The position numbers and the translations under genes were made by a program. From an uncultured Gammaproteobacteria bacterium (GTDB lineage Bacteria; Patescibacteriota; Microgenomatia; 2-02-FULL-39-11), in NCBI GenBank assembly GCA_964520615.1, contig CAZFNL010000137.1:7140-71139 (forward strand): DNA of 64,000 bases. The letters are read 5' to 3'. Below, in pieces: positions 19,500 to 28,527 of this stretch. Positions within the stretch are counted from its first letter, which is position 1. Each line of letters starts with the position of its first letter. A model generated the notes under the pieces. The model was not told the DNA's origin, did not search any database, and saw only the letters and a list, made by a program, of their open reading frames with translations.

Positions 19500-20924
19500 T
19501 TATTTTTGTATTTCCTTTATTGTTGAAATCAGGTCGTTGCGCCACGTAAAAATGTCCCCTGCTCCCATAGCTATTATAAGATCATTATTACGGACAACTG
19601 ATTTTAGATAAGACAATATTTCTTCCTTGCTCTTTTTATAAATAACGTTGTTTCTCTGCCTGTTTGCCTCAATAATTAGCTGTTTGGAGTTTATCGCCGG
19701 ATCAAATTTTTCCCTAGCTGAAGGATAAATCTCGGATATTATCGCTAAATCAGCTTCCAAAAAAGATCGTGCAAAATCCGAAAAAAGCGCTTTTGTTCTA
19801 GAATATGTATGAGGTTGGAAAATAACTATAATTCTCCTCTCAGGAAACCACTGCCTGGCTGCAGAAATAGTAGCCTTTATCTCACTTGGGTGATGAGCAT
19901 AATCGTCATAAATGCTAATTCCGTCAATTTGGGAGAGTTTCTCAAATCTTCTTTTAGAGCCAATATAATGTTTCAACAATTCTCTAATCTTTTCCCACCC
20001 TATTCCGGTCTGATTTGCTACAATCGCTGTTGCAAGAGCGTTAAGAAGATTATGCTTTCCCGGAACTTTCAGCATAAATTCACCTAAATCCAAACCGTGG
20101 CTTTTTACCCTCATAAAACTTACGCCGTCACCGAAATAATGTTTAGTTATTTGATAATCAGCTAAGGGAGAAAACCCATAAGTCATAATATCCGCAGGAA
20201 TGTTTTTTAATGTATCCATTGCATTTTCATTATCAACGCATGTGATCACCAACCCATTTCTTGGTATTTTCATGGCAAATTTTCTAAAGGCTTCTTTCAC
20301 TTTATCAATATTTCTGTACGCGTCTGGATGGTCATATTCTATATTTGTAATAACCAGAAACTTTGGTGATTGCCAAAGAAATCTTGGAGTACTATCAGTG
20401 ATTGGACAAGTCATGTATTCGTCAGCTTCAGCGATAAAATAATCTCCTTTACCAAAATGTCCTGCAGGACCTAAACCGTTAATCTGAGCTGTGCCTATTA
20501 GGTATGAAGGGTCAAATCCTCCAAGAGTCATTACCGTGGCAATAAGAGATGATGTGGTAGTCTTACCATGGCATCCCGCGACTGATATGCCGGTTTTCCC
20601 TTTCATCAATTCGCCTATAAATTGACCATGCATGTACACAGAGAGCTTGTTTTTTTTAGCTTGCTGAGCTTCAGGATTAGTCATGCCTCCATGAGCTCCT
20701 GTGACGATGACATAATCATATTTACGTTGTCCTAAATTATCAGGCTTAAATCCACGCTTTATCTTTATTTTCAATTTTTTTAATACTGGATCTGTAGGAA
20801 AATGTTCATCTATATCAGAACCAGTAACATCAAACCCTTTCTCTACAAGATATACAGCAAGAGCGGTCATAGCTATTCCCTTGATACCGACTAGATATGC
20901 GGTTTTTTTCTTTTTGATTTGCAT
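19500..20924 (-). CDS. murC: UDP-N-acetylmuramate--L-alanine ligase.
   Basis: The MurC-type N-terminus YLVGIKGIAMTALAVYLVEKGFDVTGSD (cf. HFIGIGGIGMSGLA...GSD) and Mur ligase central/C domains. Confidence 0.85.
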   Translation of the reverse strand: MQIKKKKTAYLVGIKGIAMTALAVYLVEKGFDVTGSDIDEHFPTDPVLKKLKIKIKRGFKPDNLGQRKYDYVIVTGAHGGMTNPEAQQAKKNKLSVYMHGQFIGELMKGKTGISVAGCHGKTTTSSLIATVMTLGGFDPSYLIGTAQINGLGPAGHFGKGDYFIAEADEYMTCPITDSTPRFLWQSPKFLVITNIEYDHPDAYRNIDKVKEAFRKFAMKIPRNGLVITCVDNENAMDTLKNIPADIMTYGFSPLADYQITKHYFGDGVSFMRVKSHGLDLGEFMLKVPGKHNLLNALATAIVANQTGIGWEKIRELLKHYIGSKRRFEKLSQIDGISIYDDYAHHPSEIKATISAARQWFPERRIIVIFQPHTYSRTKALFSDFARSFLEADLAIISEIYPSAREKFDPAINSKQLIIEANRQRNNVIYKKSKEEILSYLKSVVRNNDLIIAMGAGDIFTWRNDLISTIKEIQK

Positions 20925-20946
20925 ATTGGATTTACAAAATATTATT

Positions 20947-21615
20947 CTAATTTATTAATCTTATCACGCTAATATTTCTTCCTGATTTATCCTTATCCCG
21001 ACGAAATGACGCAAATTCTTTATTACATTTAGTACAAACATCAAAGTTATCTATATTTTTTCGTTTGATACCCTTTGTTAAAATTGCGTTTACTGCAACC
21101 GATCCGATATCTAAATACCATCTGTCCTCTCTTTTTTCAGAAATTGCATGACCAATTCTGTCCTTAGTTTGGAAAGTTTTAATCCGTGCGTAAGGCACAT
21201 CATAACAACAATTTCCAATGTGAGGACCAATTACGCATATTATGTCTTTTACTTTCACTCCTTTACTAAGTAGTAAGTCAATGGCATTACTAATAATTCC
21301 AACCATAAGTCCCTTCCAACCAGCATGTAAAGCACAAACGATTTTTTTATCCGGCACAAATAAAAAAACTGGCATGCAATCTGCCGTTCTTATCTGTAAA
21401 TATATAGATTTATCTGTAATCATTCCGTCAAAACCATCAGGTTTTATCACCTTACTATCATTAAATTCCAATATTCTGTTTCCGTGAACCTGTTCAACTT
21501 TACAAACGTTTTTACTGAAAATACCGAATTTTTTCAGCGCCTTACTTTCGGTTTCATTGAAAAAATAATGACTAACCAGTTGAGAATATTTTTGTAGAAG
21601 ATTGGACTTGAGCAT
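20947..21615 (-). CDS. pgeF: YfiH/PgeF-family (DUF152) purine nucleoside phosphorylase / peptidoglycan editing factor.
   Basis: QVHG...DG...ADCMPV...HAGWKG motif set. This family is often found in or near the dcw cluster. Confidence 0.75.
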   Translation of the reverse strand: MLKSNLLQKYSQLVSHYFFNETESKALKKFGIFSKNVCKVEQVHGNRILEFNDSKVIKPDGFDGMITDKSIYLQIRTADCMPVFLFVPDKKIVCALHAGWKGLMVGIISNAIDLLLSKGVKVKDIICVIGPHIGNCCYDVPYARIKTFQTKDRIGHAISEKREDRWYLDIGSVAVNAILTKGIKRKNIDNFDVCTKCNKEFASFRRDKDKSGRNISVIRLIN

Positions 21616-21669
21616 AAAATAAACTCCCTAAATTATATTTATGAATAAGACGGCTTAAACTATGTATAT

Positions 21670-22944
21670 CTATCTCTTCCCGGATAAGGCTTTTTCAACA
21701 GCTAATTTTTCGTCCCATGGATATTCTATATTCCCATAACACATTGATTTTTCATGTCCTTTACCAGTGATAAGTATTGTATCTCCGCCACCAGCCAATT
21801 TTCGTATGGCAAAGTTAATAGCTTCCTGTCTGTCAGGAATTTTCCAAAAACTCCTCTTTACCTTTTTGTATTCAACTAACAATCTTTTTCTCTTATCAAC
21901 AAATGTCATGCCGCCAATTACACAACCCTTAGCGATTTCATCTATTATGTCTCTAACATCCTCAGTTCTGGGGTCTTCTGCAGTAAGAATAGCAACATCT
22001 GACAATTTAGATGCTATTTCTCCCATTATTGGCCTTTTAAGCCTATCTCTCAACCCCGCACATCCAAATACGACAATCAGTCTGTTTCGCGTCATTTCTC
22101 TGCAAGCAGCAAGCGCCTTTTCCAAAGCATCAGGCTTATGGGCAAAATCAATGAATATCCTGTAGTTTCTTCTGATTTTAATCTCTTCCATGCGTCCGGG
22201 AATTCCCTTAAAATCAGCGATCGCCATTTCAACTTTTGACTTCTCTAAACCTAAAATTGAAGCTACGGATGCAGCAGCAAGACAATTATAGAGATTAAAC
22301 TTTCCGGGAATAAGAGGTTTCATATCATAATCTTTCAGTGTAATATCTGCGGGACGATCTATTCCATACCTTACAATCTTTCCTGATGCCTTTTGTCTCA
22401 AAAAATGAAAGTTTGACTCGTCCATGTTTAATACGCTGAAGGAAGCCCCGTTCATAATTTTTGCTTTTATTTTCTTATAGTTTTCAAAACTCTTATGATA
22501 ATCAAGATGCTCATGGGTAATATTTGTCACTACAGCAATATCAATTGAAGTTCCCCAAACTCTATACTGATCAAGGGCGTGTGAAGTGACCTCAAGAATA
22601 AAATATTCACTTCCTCCCTTTTGGGCACTTTTAATAAACTTCTGCAAAGCCCAGGAAGAAGGTGTTGTAACATGAAATCCAGTATCATAAGTCTTACCGC
22701 TTATGTTTGCTTCAACAGTGGATACCATAGAAACCTTGTATCCCAAGCGTTGTAAAATATGATAGATAAGATGGGTAGTAGTAGTTTTGCCTGAAGTTCC
22801 TGTTACACCTATAATTTTCATTTTCCCGGCAGGAAATCCGTAAAAGATACATGCGAAGAATGCATTTAGAAAATGTAAATAATTTTTAAACTGTTGCAGC
22901 ATGAGTTTGTCTATAATCAGCTTATAGTATGCTATAAGGTACAA
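21670..22944 (-). CDS. murE: UDP-MurNAc-L-Ala-D-Glu--2,6-diaminopimelate ligase MurE, lacking most of the usual N-terminal domain.
   Basis: GVTGTSGKTTTT, LEVTSHALDQYRV, TNITHEHLDYH, FAHKPDALEKAL, FGCAGLRDRLKRP, ILTAEDPRTED (a DNPR-region variant) and ITGKGHE. Only ~40 aa precede the P-loop. Confidence 0.85.
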   Translation of the reverse strand: MYLIAYYKLIIDKLMLQQFKNYLHFLNAFFACIFYGFPAGKMKIIGVTGTSGKTTTTHLIYHILQRLGYKVSMVSTVEANISGKTYDTGFHVTTPSSWALQKFIKSAQKGGSEYFILEVTSHALDQYRVWGTSIDIAVVTNITHEHLDYHKSFENYKKIKAKIMNGASFSVLNMDESNFHFLRQKASGKIVRYGIDRPADITLKDYDMKPLIPGKFNLYNCLAAASVASILGLEKSKVEMAIADFKGIPGRMEEIKIRRNYRIFIDFAHKPDALEKALAACREMTRNRLIVVFGCAGLRDRLKRPIMGEIASKLSDVAILTAEDPRTEDVRDIIDEIAKGCVIGGMTFVDKRKRLLVEYKKVKRSFWKIPDRQEAINFAIRKLAGGGDTILITGKGHEKSMCYGNIEYPWDEKLAVEKALSGKR

Positions 22945-22983
22945 TTATAACAGAATTGAGGCAGTATATCCAAAAGTATAAAA

Positions 22984-24663
22984 TCAATCCGACGGTGATA
23001 TTTTCAGATATGAAAAAAGCTGTTTTGCAATCGAAAAAAACACAGGTGCGGCTGTTTCCGAACCCCACTGAGATGCTGTAGGCTCATCGAGTACTACCAG
23101 CATGACAAATTTAGGATTATCCACAGGGGCAAAACCAACAAATGAAGCAATTGTTTTTGAACTGTCGTAATGGCCTGAAATTGGAACCTGAGCTGTGCCG
23201 GTTTTACCAGCAATACGAAAGCCTGCCGGCTTGAGGTTTTTTGTTTCACCTTTATCCACCGCCTCAACCATCATTTCTTTCACCACATCCGTAGTCATTT
23301 TGGAGAAAACTGTCCTTACAATTTTTGGTGCTATTTCGATTTGGCTTCCATTATCAGTGCTTATACTTTTAACCACATGAGGTTCCATCAATTTTCCTCC
23401 GTTGGCAATTGCCGATACGGCAGTAACCATCTGTAATGGAGTCACGGCAACCCCTTGACCAAATGAGGCTGTAGCGTAATCAATCGGATACCATTTGTCT
23501 CTTGGACGTAAATCCGGTGATGATTCTTCCTGCAAATCTATTCCAGTTATACTACCGATACCAAGATTTTTCAGGTAATTTAAGAAGACCATTTTTTCCA
23601 ACTTTTCCTCAACAAATACCATTCCGACATTTGATGAATATTCTAGAATTTGAGTCATGGTTATCTTACCATGATATTGTCTATTCCATGTATTTATAGT
23701 ATAACCACCGATTTCCACCGGTCCTGATTCATCGTATAACATATCTGCAGTCACTTTACCTTCATTTATTGCTGATGACATTACAAGTACCTTAAATGTT
23801 GAACCCGGCTCATAAAAGGAAGCTACCGCAGGATTTTTATAATACTGCGTGGGATAATTATAAAAATCTGCCGGGTCATATGATGGATATGATGCCATAG
23901 CGAGTATTCCTCCGGTATTTGGATCCATAATTATGACTGACCCGCCTTTTGCACCGTATAATTCTATTCCTTCTTTCAGTTTAGTCTGAGCTATAAATTG
24001 AATAGTTTTATCCAAATATAAAGTCAAGTCTCTACCATCCTGAGCCAATATGACTTGCCTCTCGCCCGACAAGATAGGGTTTCCTTGCGCATCCTGATCC
24101 TGAACTATCATACCGTTCCTACCGCGTAACTGTTCGTCATAATAACCTTCAAGTCCAAAATATCCCTTATCTTTCCCATTGGCATCTTTACCTACAAAAC
24201 CCAAAAGATGAGCTGACATAGATCCCTCGGGATAATATCTTTTCTGTTCAGAAAGAAAATCAACTCCATTCAAATTAAATTTCTTTATACTTTTTACCGG
24301 ACTCTCATCCACCTTATGTGCTATAGGCACCCAAACAAGTGACTTGTTATCCAAACTAGCTGAAATGGTGGATATAGGAATATTTAAGGCTTCCGACAGT
24401 ACAGATTCTACTTTGGAAATATCTGTAATCTTTTTTGGCTCAATATAAACTCCATAAGCTTTTTTGTTTAAGACCATAGGACTACCATCTGAGGCAAAAA
24501 TCCTTCCTCGACTTGCCGATACTGCCAAAGAAGTCTGACTTTGATTTTGAGCCAACGCTCCTAGACTATCCGCTGATAAAACTTGCCAGTAAAAAAGTTT
24601 CATTGCCACTAACCCAAAAAAAATAAAAAGTAGCAAAAAGAAGAATTTTATCCTCAGGTTCAT
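22984..24663 (-). CDS. ftsI: Penicillin-binding protein (class B transpeptidase, FtsI/PBP2-like).
   Basis: N-terminal TM segment, STFK active-site serine motif, SSN and KTGTAQ motifs. Confidence 0.85.
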   Translation of the reverse strand: MNLRIKFFFLLLFIFFGLVAMKLFYWQVLSADSLGALAQNQSQTSLAVSASRGRIFASDGSPMVLNKKAYGVYIEPKKITDISKVESVLSEALNIPISTISASLDNKSLVWVPIAHKVDESPVKSIKKFNLNGVDFLSEQKRYYPEGSMSAHLLGFVGKDANGKDKGYFGLEGYYDEQLRGRNGMIVQDQDAQGNPILSGERQVILAQDGRDLTLYLDKTIQFIAQTKLKEGIELYGAKGGSVIIMDPNTGGILAMASYPSYDPADFYNYPTQYYKNPAVASFYEPGSTFKVLVMSSAINEGKVTADMLYDESGPVEIGGYTINTWNRQYHGKITMTQILEYSSNVGMVFVEEKLEKMVFLNYLKNLGIGSITGIDLQEESSPDLRPRDKWYPIDYATASFGQGVAVTPLQMVTAVSAIANGGKLMEPHVVKSISTDNGSQIEIAPKIVRTVFSKMTTDVVKEMMVEAVDKGETKNLKPAGFRIAGKTGTAQVPISGHYDSSKTIASFVGFAPVDNPKFVMLVVLDEPTASQWGSETAAPVFFSIAKQLFSYLKISPSD

Positions 24664-24977
24664 AAAGATGATTGAAGACTGTAGGCTACTGGAAGCGGCG
24701 TGTCAAGAGAAATGAGAATTGATGTTTTAACCAAACCAAACTGTCCGGCCTCTTGGGAAATAGTGGCGATTGCCGAGGCAGATGCTATTTTTTCTGTTAG
24801 CAAACTGTTATCATCCTGCAAACTCTGTATTTGACCGTTTAAGCTAGTTAGCTTAATCCCAACCGTAGAGAATTTATTTAAGAGTACTACCTGAATGACA
24901 GCGAAAAGGGAAACAGCTGCTAAAAGTAAAATGTTTATTTTAGACTGGTGATTGTTATTAATTTTCATCCTTTCCAT
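24660..24977 (-). CDS. ftsL: Small bitopic coiled-coil protein, FtsL/septum-formation-initiator-like.
   Basis: 105 aa with a single TM segment and heptad-like periplasmic segment. Conserved position between rsmH and ftsI. Confidence 0.45.
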   Translation of the reverse strand: MERMKINNNHQSKINILLLAAVSLFAVIQVVLLNKFSTVGIKLTSLNGQIQSLQDDNSLLTEKIASASAIATISQEAGQFGLVKTSILISLDTPLPVAYSLQSSL

Positions 24978-24986
24978 AATTTCAAC

Positions 24987-25940
24987 CTAAACTTTTTCAG
25001 CTATCCTCAGTTTTCCAGATTTTGACCGTTTATTTATACTTAATTCAGAATATTTAACAGTAATTGGTCTTTTGGTAACTATATTGAGTCTTTTCTCCCG
25101 GCTGTTCTTTCGAAAAAAGGTCTTTACCAGTCTATCCTCAAGCGAATGATAACTAACTACGCACAGTCTGCCTTTGGGGCTTAAAAGATCTATTGCCTGA
25201 GTCAACCCATTTACCAAATTTGTCATCTCTCCGTTTACTTCAATACGCAAAGATTGAAATATTCTTGCCAGGCTATTATTTATCTTTAACTCCAAATACT
25301 TATTTTCTAATCCCTTATGTAGACTTATTGAAACAATATCCACTAACTGTCCAACATTTATTATTGGTTTTATGGCACGGGCGAAAACAACAGCTGAAGC
25401 AATTGCCCCAGAATTGAGTTCCTCAGCGTATTTACTAAATATTTCATACAATTTTTCCTTTGAATAATTATTCAATATGTATGCGGCGGTCTTATCTGTA
25501 TCTGTATCCATTCTCATGTCTAAAGGCTCACTAGTTTTTCTGAAAGAAAATCCTCTGCCTGAACTTTCAAGTTGATGAGTAGACATACCAAGATCAAATA
25601 CTATTCCATCTACTTTGCTAAAATCGGCTTCTTTAGCCAAGCTTTCCAAATAGCCGAAATTACCTTTTGAAAGAACGATTTTTCCCTTAACACCGCTTTC
25701 TAATTTCTCTTTTTCGAGTCTTTCACTTACCCATTTCAAAGCATCGTTATCTATATCTACTCCCAGTACCTTTCCACCATTTTCTGCAATTGCGAAAGTA
25801 TATCCACCTCCACCAAGCGTCGCATCAATATACTTTGCTCCACACTTCACTCTTAACCCATCAAGCACTTCGGAAAGAAGTACCGGAGTATGATATGAGT
25901 CCGTCGGTTGTAAAATCATAGGCAGTGTGATTTTATCCAA
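24987..25940 (-). CDS. rsmH: 16S rRNA (cytosine1402-N4)-methyltransferase RsmH (MraW). It apparently starts at TTG, 8 nt downstream of a GGAGGT Shine-Dalgarno.
   Basis: HTPVLLSEVLDGL...YIDATLGGGGYT SAM-binding motif. Position after mraZ. Confidence 0.9.
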   Translation of the reverse strand: MDKITLPMILQPTDSYHTPVLLSEVLDGLRVKCGAKYIDATLGGGGYTFAIAENGGKVLGVDIDNDALKWVSERLEKEKLESGVKGKIVLSKGNFGYLESLAKEADFSKVDGIVFDLGMSTHQLESSGRGFSFRKTSEPLDMRMDTDTDKTAAYILNNYSKEKLYEIFSKYAEELNSGAIASAVVFARAIKPIINVGQLVDIVSISLHKGLENKYLELKINNSLARIFQSLRIEVNGEMTNLVNGLTQAIDLLSPKGRLCVVSYHSLEDRLVKTFFRKNSREKRLNIVTKRPITVKYSELSINKRSKSGKLRIAEKV

Positions 25941-26066
25941 GAATTATTACCTCCGGCACTCCTTCTTTCCGTATTCAGTTAACTTTCATTCTTTATAATC
26001 GATTCTATATTCCTCCCGCATTCATTTATTCCAAATCGCAAAATGAATCCATGCGCTCTTCAAACG

Positions 26067-26456
26067 TCATAATTTATTTCTGTAATCTTCCCAATTTCTT
26101 TTAGACCAAATCTCAAAATGGTCTCCTGCTCCAATAATCACCAAACTTTCAGATATGTCTGCATATCCCATCATTTCCTGCGGCAGGACGAACCTGCCCT
26201 GTGCATCCAAATCTATACTCACTGCACCGGAATACATTTTTCTCCTTAAATCTCTTCCCTCTTTGTCTGAAAATAAAGGCCTTGCCAATTCTGTTCTTGT
26301 CACTTCCTCCCACGATTTTTCCGGAAAGCCGAAAATACAATGCTCAAATCCGGTAGTCAACACAATTCTGTCTCCACCCAAAGAGTTTCTTATCTTTTTC
26401 GGCAATGCAACCCTGCCTTTATCCATCAAATTCGGTTCGTATGTGCCTAAAAACAT
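26067..26456 (-). CDS. mraZ: Transcriptional regulator MraZ.
   Basis: Two MraZ/SpoVT-AbrB half domains (GRVALPKKIRNSL and GRFVLPQEMM). First gene of the dcw cluster. Confidence 0.9.
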   Translation of the reverse strand: MFLGTYEPNLMDKGRVALPKKIRNSLGGDRIVLTTGFEHCIFGFPEKSWEEVTRTELARPLFSDKEGRDLRRKMYSGAVSIDLDAQGRFVLPQEMMGYADISESLVIIGAGDHFEIWSKRNWEDYRNKL

Positions 26457-26460
26457 ATTT

Positions 26461-26490
26461 CTACATTTATCACCACTTTACACCACTTTA
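26461..26490 (-). promoter_or_regulatory. Direct repeats of TAAAGTGGTG (two perfect copies, one degenerate third) immediately upstream of mraZ. Candidate MraZ operator.
   Basis: The minus strand reads TAAAGTGGTG TAAAGTGGTG ATAAATGTAG with 10-nt periodicity, ending 5 nt before the mraZ ATG. MraZ operators are direct repeats (TGGGN in E. coli, AAAGTG[T/G] in Mollicutes). Confidence 0.5.
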
Positions 26491-26494
26491 TTCC

Positions 26495-26523
26495 ATAATG
26501 CTACTGTAACCACCTCTTGTCAA
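26495..26523 (-). promoter_or_regulatory. Candidate sigma-70 promoter of the dcw cluster (TTGACA-17 nt-CATTAT), placed just upstream of the MraZ-box repeats.
   Basis: On the minus strand, TTGACA is at 26523..26518 and CATTAT at 26500..26495. The -35 sits inside an imperfect palindrome CCTCTTGTCAAGAGG. Confidence 0.4.
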
Positions 26524-26570
26524 GAGGCAACAGCAGCACTTATCCCTTCAATACAAGTGTCATTCTCGAG

Positions 26571-26632
26571 AAGGCGAGAATCCTGATTCCCAATCAGGCT
26601 CGCCTCGCTGGTGAAGCGGGTCGGGCCCGACA
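26571..26632 (-). ncRNA. Candidate structured GC-rich RNA element, copy 2 of 2, upstream of the mraZ promoter. Strand is uncertain.
   Basis: ggcgag-(cctgatt ccc aatcagg)-ctcgcc nested hairpin, cgct-ggtga-agcg, gtcgggcccgac hairpin. The core 26597-26625 matches 7492-7520, with a compensatory change between the ggtga/tcacc (copy 1) and ggcgag/ctcgcc (copy 2) helices. Confidence 0.35.
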
Positions 26633-26760
26633 AAACAACATTATCGAAGCAAAAAAAAGGATATCGAAATGAGTTCTAGCACTCAGGCAGGAAATAAATC
26701 TCAAGAGATGACTTAGAACCAAAAATGGGGGATAACAATGAATGAAACAATTTCGGGTTT

Positions 26761-28434
26761 TTAATTCTTACCTAGTATCACTACCACGTCATATTTACCG
26801 CTGTCAGATAAAGATTCGACAGTTGAAGTGTCTATTTTATCCTTCAAATCAGCTTTTATAAGAGGCAGGTAATCCTTTTTACCGTCTTTTATCTTCAGAA
26901 CGCTTTTGGCGTAATTCTGGTTATCCGCATTTGACTTTGCCACGTTCTTATAACCCAATCCTTCAAGATAAGTAGCTATATCGCCAGCGTAACCTGTTTT
27001 ATCTGTACCATTTTCTACCGACACTTTTAGATCACTTCTTTTAAGATTAGGATTTACTGTTGGAGTTGGAGTCAATGAAGGCATTACAGTGGGTATTGGA
27101 GTGGGAGTGGGAGAAGAAGAAAATGGCAACGATATTCCCGATTTTTTACCACGGACTATTGTAAACAAGCCTCCCAAGACTAACACAACTCCTACAAGAA
27201 CAAGAATTATTCTTACCATTTTATTGACAAGAAGTTTCCCTAATCCTGACCGTTGATACTGTGTAAGATCATTTCCAAGAAGAGCATTATCTGAATATCC
27301 TGTAGAGGATGTTTTAGCGGAAACAGTCTCAACTGGTTTCGATTTATATTCTTCCTTCTCGTTATTCACTACAGTCTCCATACTTCTAGATTCATACTTT
27401 GGCTCCTTTACCTCTTTTTCTGCCGTTTCTTCTTTTTCTTCCAGATCTTCCAAAGGATGTTTCTGTGCCATTTGTATCTCTGGCTCTGAAATATTTCCCA
27501 CTTCCTGTACGTCACGGGCAAAATTAGGTGGAGACTTTGTTCTGGAAAGAAAAATTAAGCCCAATGAATTTGAAAGAAGCATTTTAGGAATTCCGCCTGA
27601 CTCAAATCCCAATTTTTCCTTCTGCAAAACACCTTCCATGAAATCACCCATCTTTAGTGTTTGTAGGTTTAATGCTTCTGAAAGCTCGCTTGAATGAAGT
27701 TCCATTGATTCTATACCGTTTAATATCATTTTTGACACATGAATATCATGATTTTTTTCCAATTCCGCCAGAACACTTCTAGTTTCAGTAGCAAAACCCT
27801 TCCCGCTTAATTTCTTATGCATCGAACTGACAGGACCAAATTTGTCATAAATGATATACTCCGCTGTCTTCTTATCAATACTGGAGTAGAGAATTTTTTC
27901 ACTATCTCCAATCACATCCTTCACAAGCTCAAAAATCGCAAATGATCTTGATGAAATAAAAAGAGGACTAATTCCAATTGACAATAAAAACTTTGCAAAG
28001 TGGGCTATAGTGTTTTTGGCCGTAGCGGTATAGAGAATTCCTTTTTTTCCTCTCCCGTCGTTTACTATCCGGTAAAAATTATCCAGCTCAGATGGATCAT
28101 AAGGCAGTATTTTCTTAGCCTGATCAATAACTACATCTGAAATATCTTCCTCTCTTACCGAGCTGTCCAACGGGAATCTGTGCGTAATTACCTGTTTATC
28201 AGAGATAGTAATGGCGGCTTGCTTGTCATTTTGGGATCGAGGATAACCTGAAGCAAAAATGCTTTTCAATTCGGATTTTAGCTTTTCCGGATCAACAATA
28301 AGACCGTTTATTATAAGACCGTCTGATATCTCGTGCCTGGCGCAGCTTACAATTTTTTCTCCGCCCAGTATACTTTTGTTCGTTTGTATTGATTCAACAG
28401 AAGTATCATTGAAGTCTATATAAAGCATATTCAA
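26761..28434 (-). CDS. Membrane protein with a PilM/FtsA-like actin-fold N-terminal domain, a TM segment, a Pro/Thr-rich linker and a C-terminal LytR_C-like domain.
   Basis: N-terminus MLYIDFNDTSVESIQ ... AITISDKQVITHRFPLD ... SIGISPLFISSRSFAIF resembles PilM. TM segment LVNKMVRIILVLVGVVLVLGGLF, then SSSPTPTPIPTVMPSLTPTPTV, then VSVENGTDKTGYAGDIATYLEGLGYKNV (LytR_C pattern). Confidence 0.5.
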   Translation of the reverse strand: MNMLYIDFNDTSVESIQTNKSILGGEKIVSCARHEISDGLIINGLIVDPEKLKSELKSIFASGYPRSQNDKQAAITISDKQVITHRFPLDSSVREEDISDVVIDQAKKILPYDPSELDNFYRIVNDGRGKKGILYTATAKNTIAHFAKFLLSIGISPLFISSRSFAIFELVKDVIGDSEKILYSSIDKKTAEYIIYDKFGPVSSMHKKLSGKGFATETRSVLAELEKNHDIHVSKMILNGIESMELHSSELSEALNLQTLKMGDFMEGVLQKEKLGFESGGIPKMLLSNSLGLIFLSRTKSPPNFARDVQEVGNISEPEIQMAQKHPLEDLEEKEETAEKEVKEPKYESRSMETVVNNEKEEYKSKPVETVSAKTSSTGYSDNALLGNDLTQYQRSGLGKLLVNKMVRIILVLVGVVLVLGGLFTIVRGKKSGISLPFSSSPTPTPIPTVMPSLTPTPTVNPNLKRSDLKVSVENGTDKTGYAGDIATYLEGLGYKNVAKSNADNQNYAKSVLKIKDGKKDYLPLIKADLKDKIDTSTVESLSDSGKYDVVVILGKN

Positions 28435-28527
28435 TTAGGTTTATATAAATAAATATAATCCCCTTTCGCAAATAAAGCAATGCCTTTTTTGAGTCTACCA
28501 GCTCCAAACAAAGAATGCAACTTGTGC

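Noticed and set aside
26471-26490. Short direct repeats considered as a mini CRISPR array.
   Set aside because: There are only two or three 10-nt units with no spacers and no cas genes. Position and sequence fit an MraZ operator instead.
28492-28520. TTGCAT-17-TAGACT promoter-like sequence upstream of the PilM/LytR_C gene.
   Set aside because: It is plausible, but AT-rich DNA yields many such matches. Not reported as a feature without start-site data.
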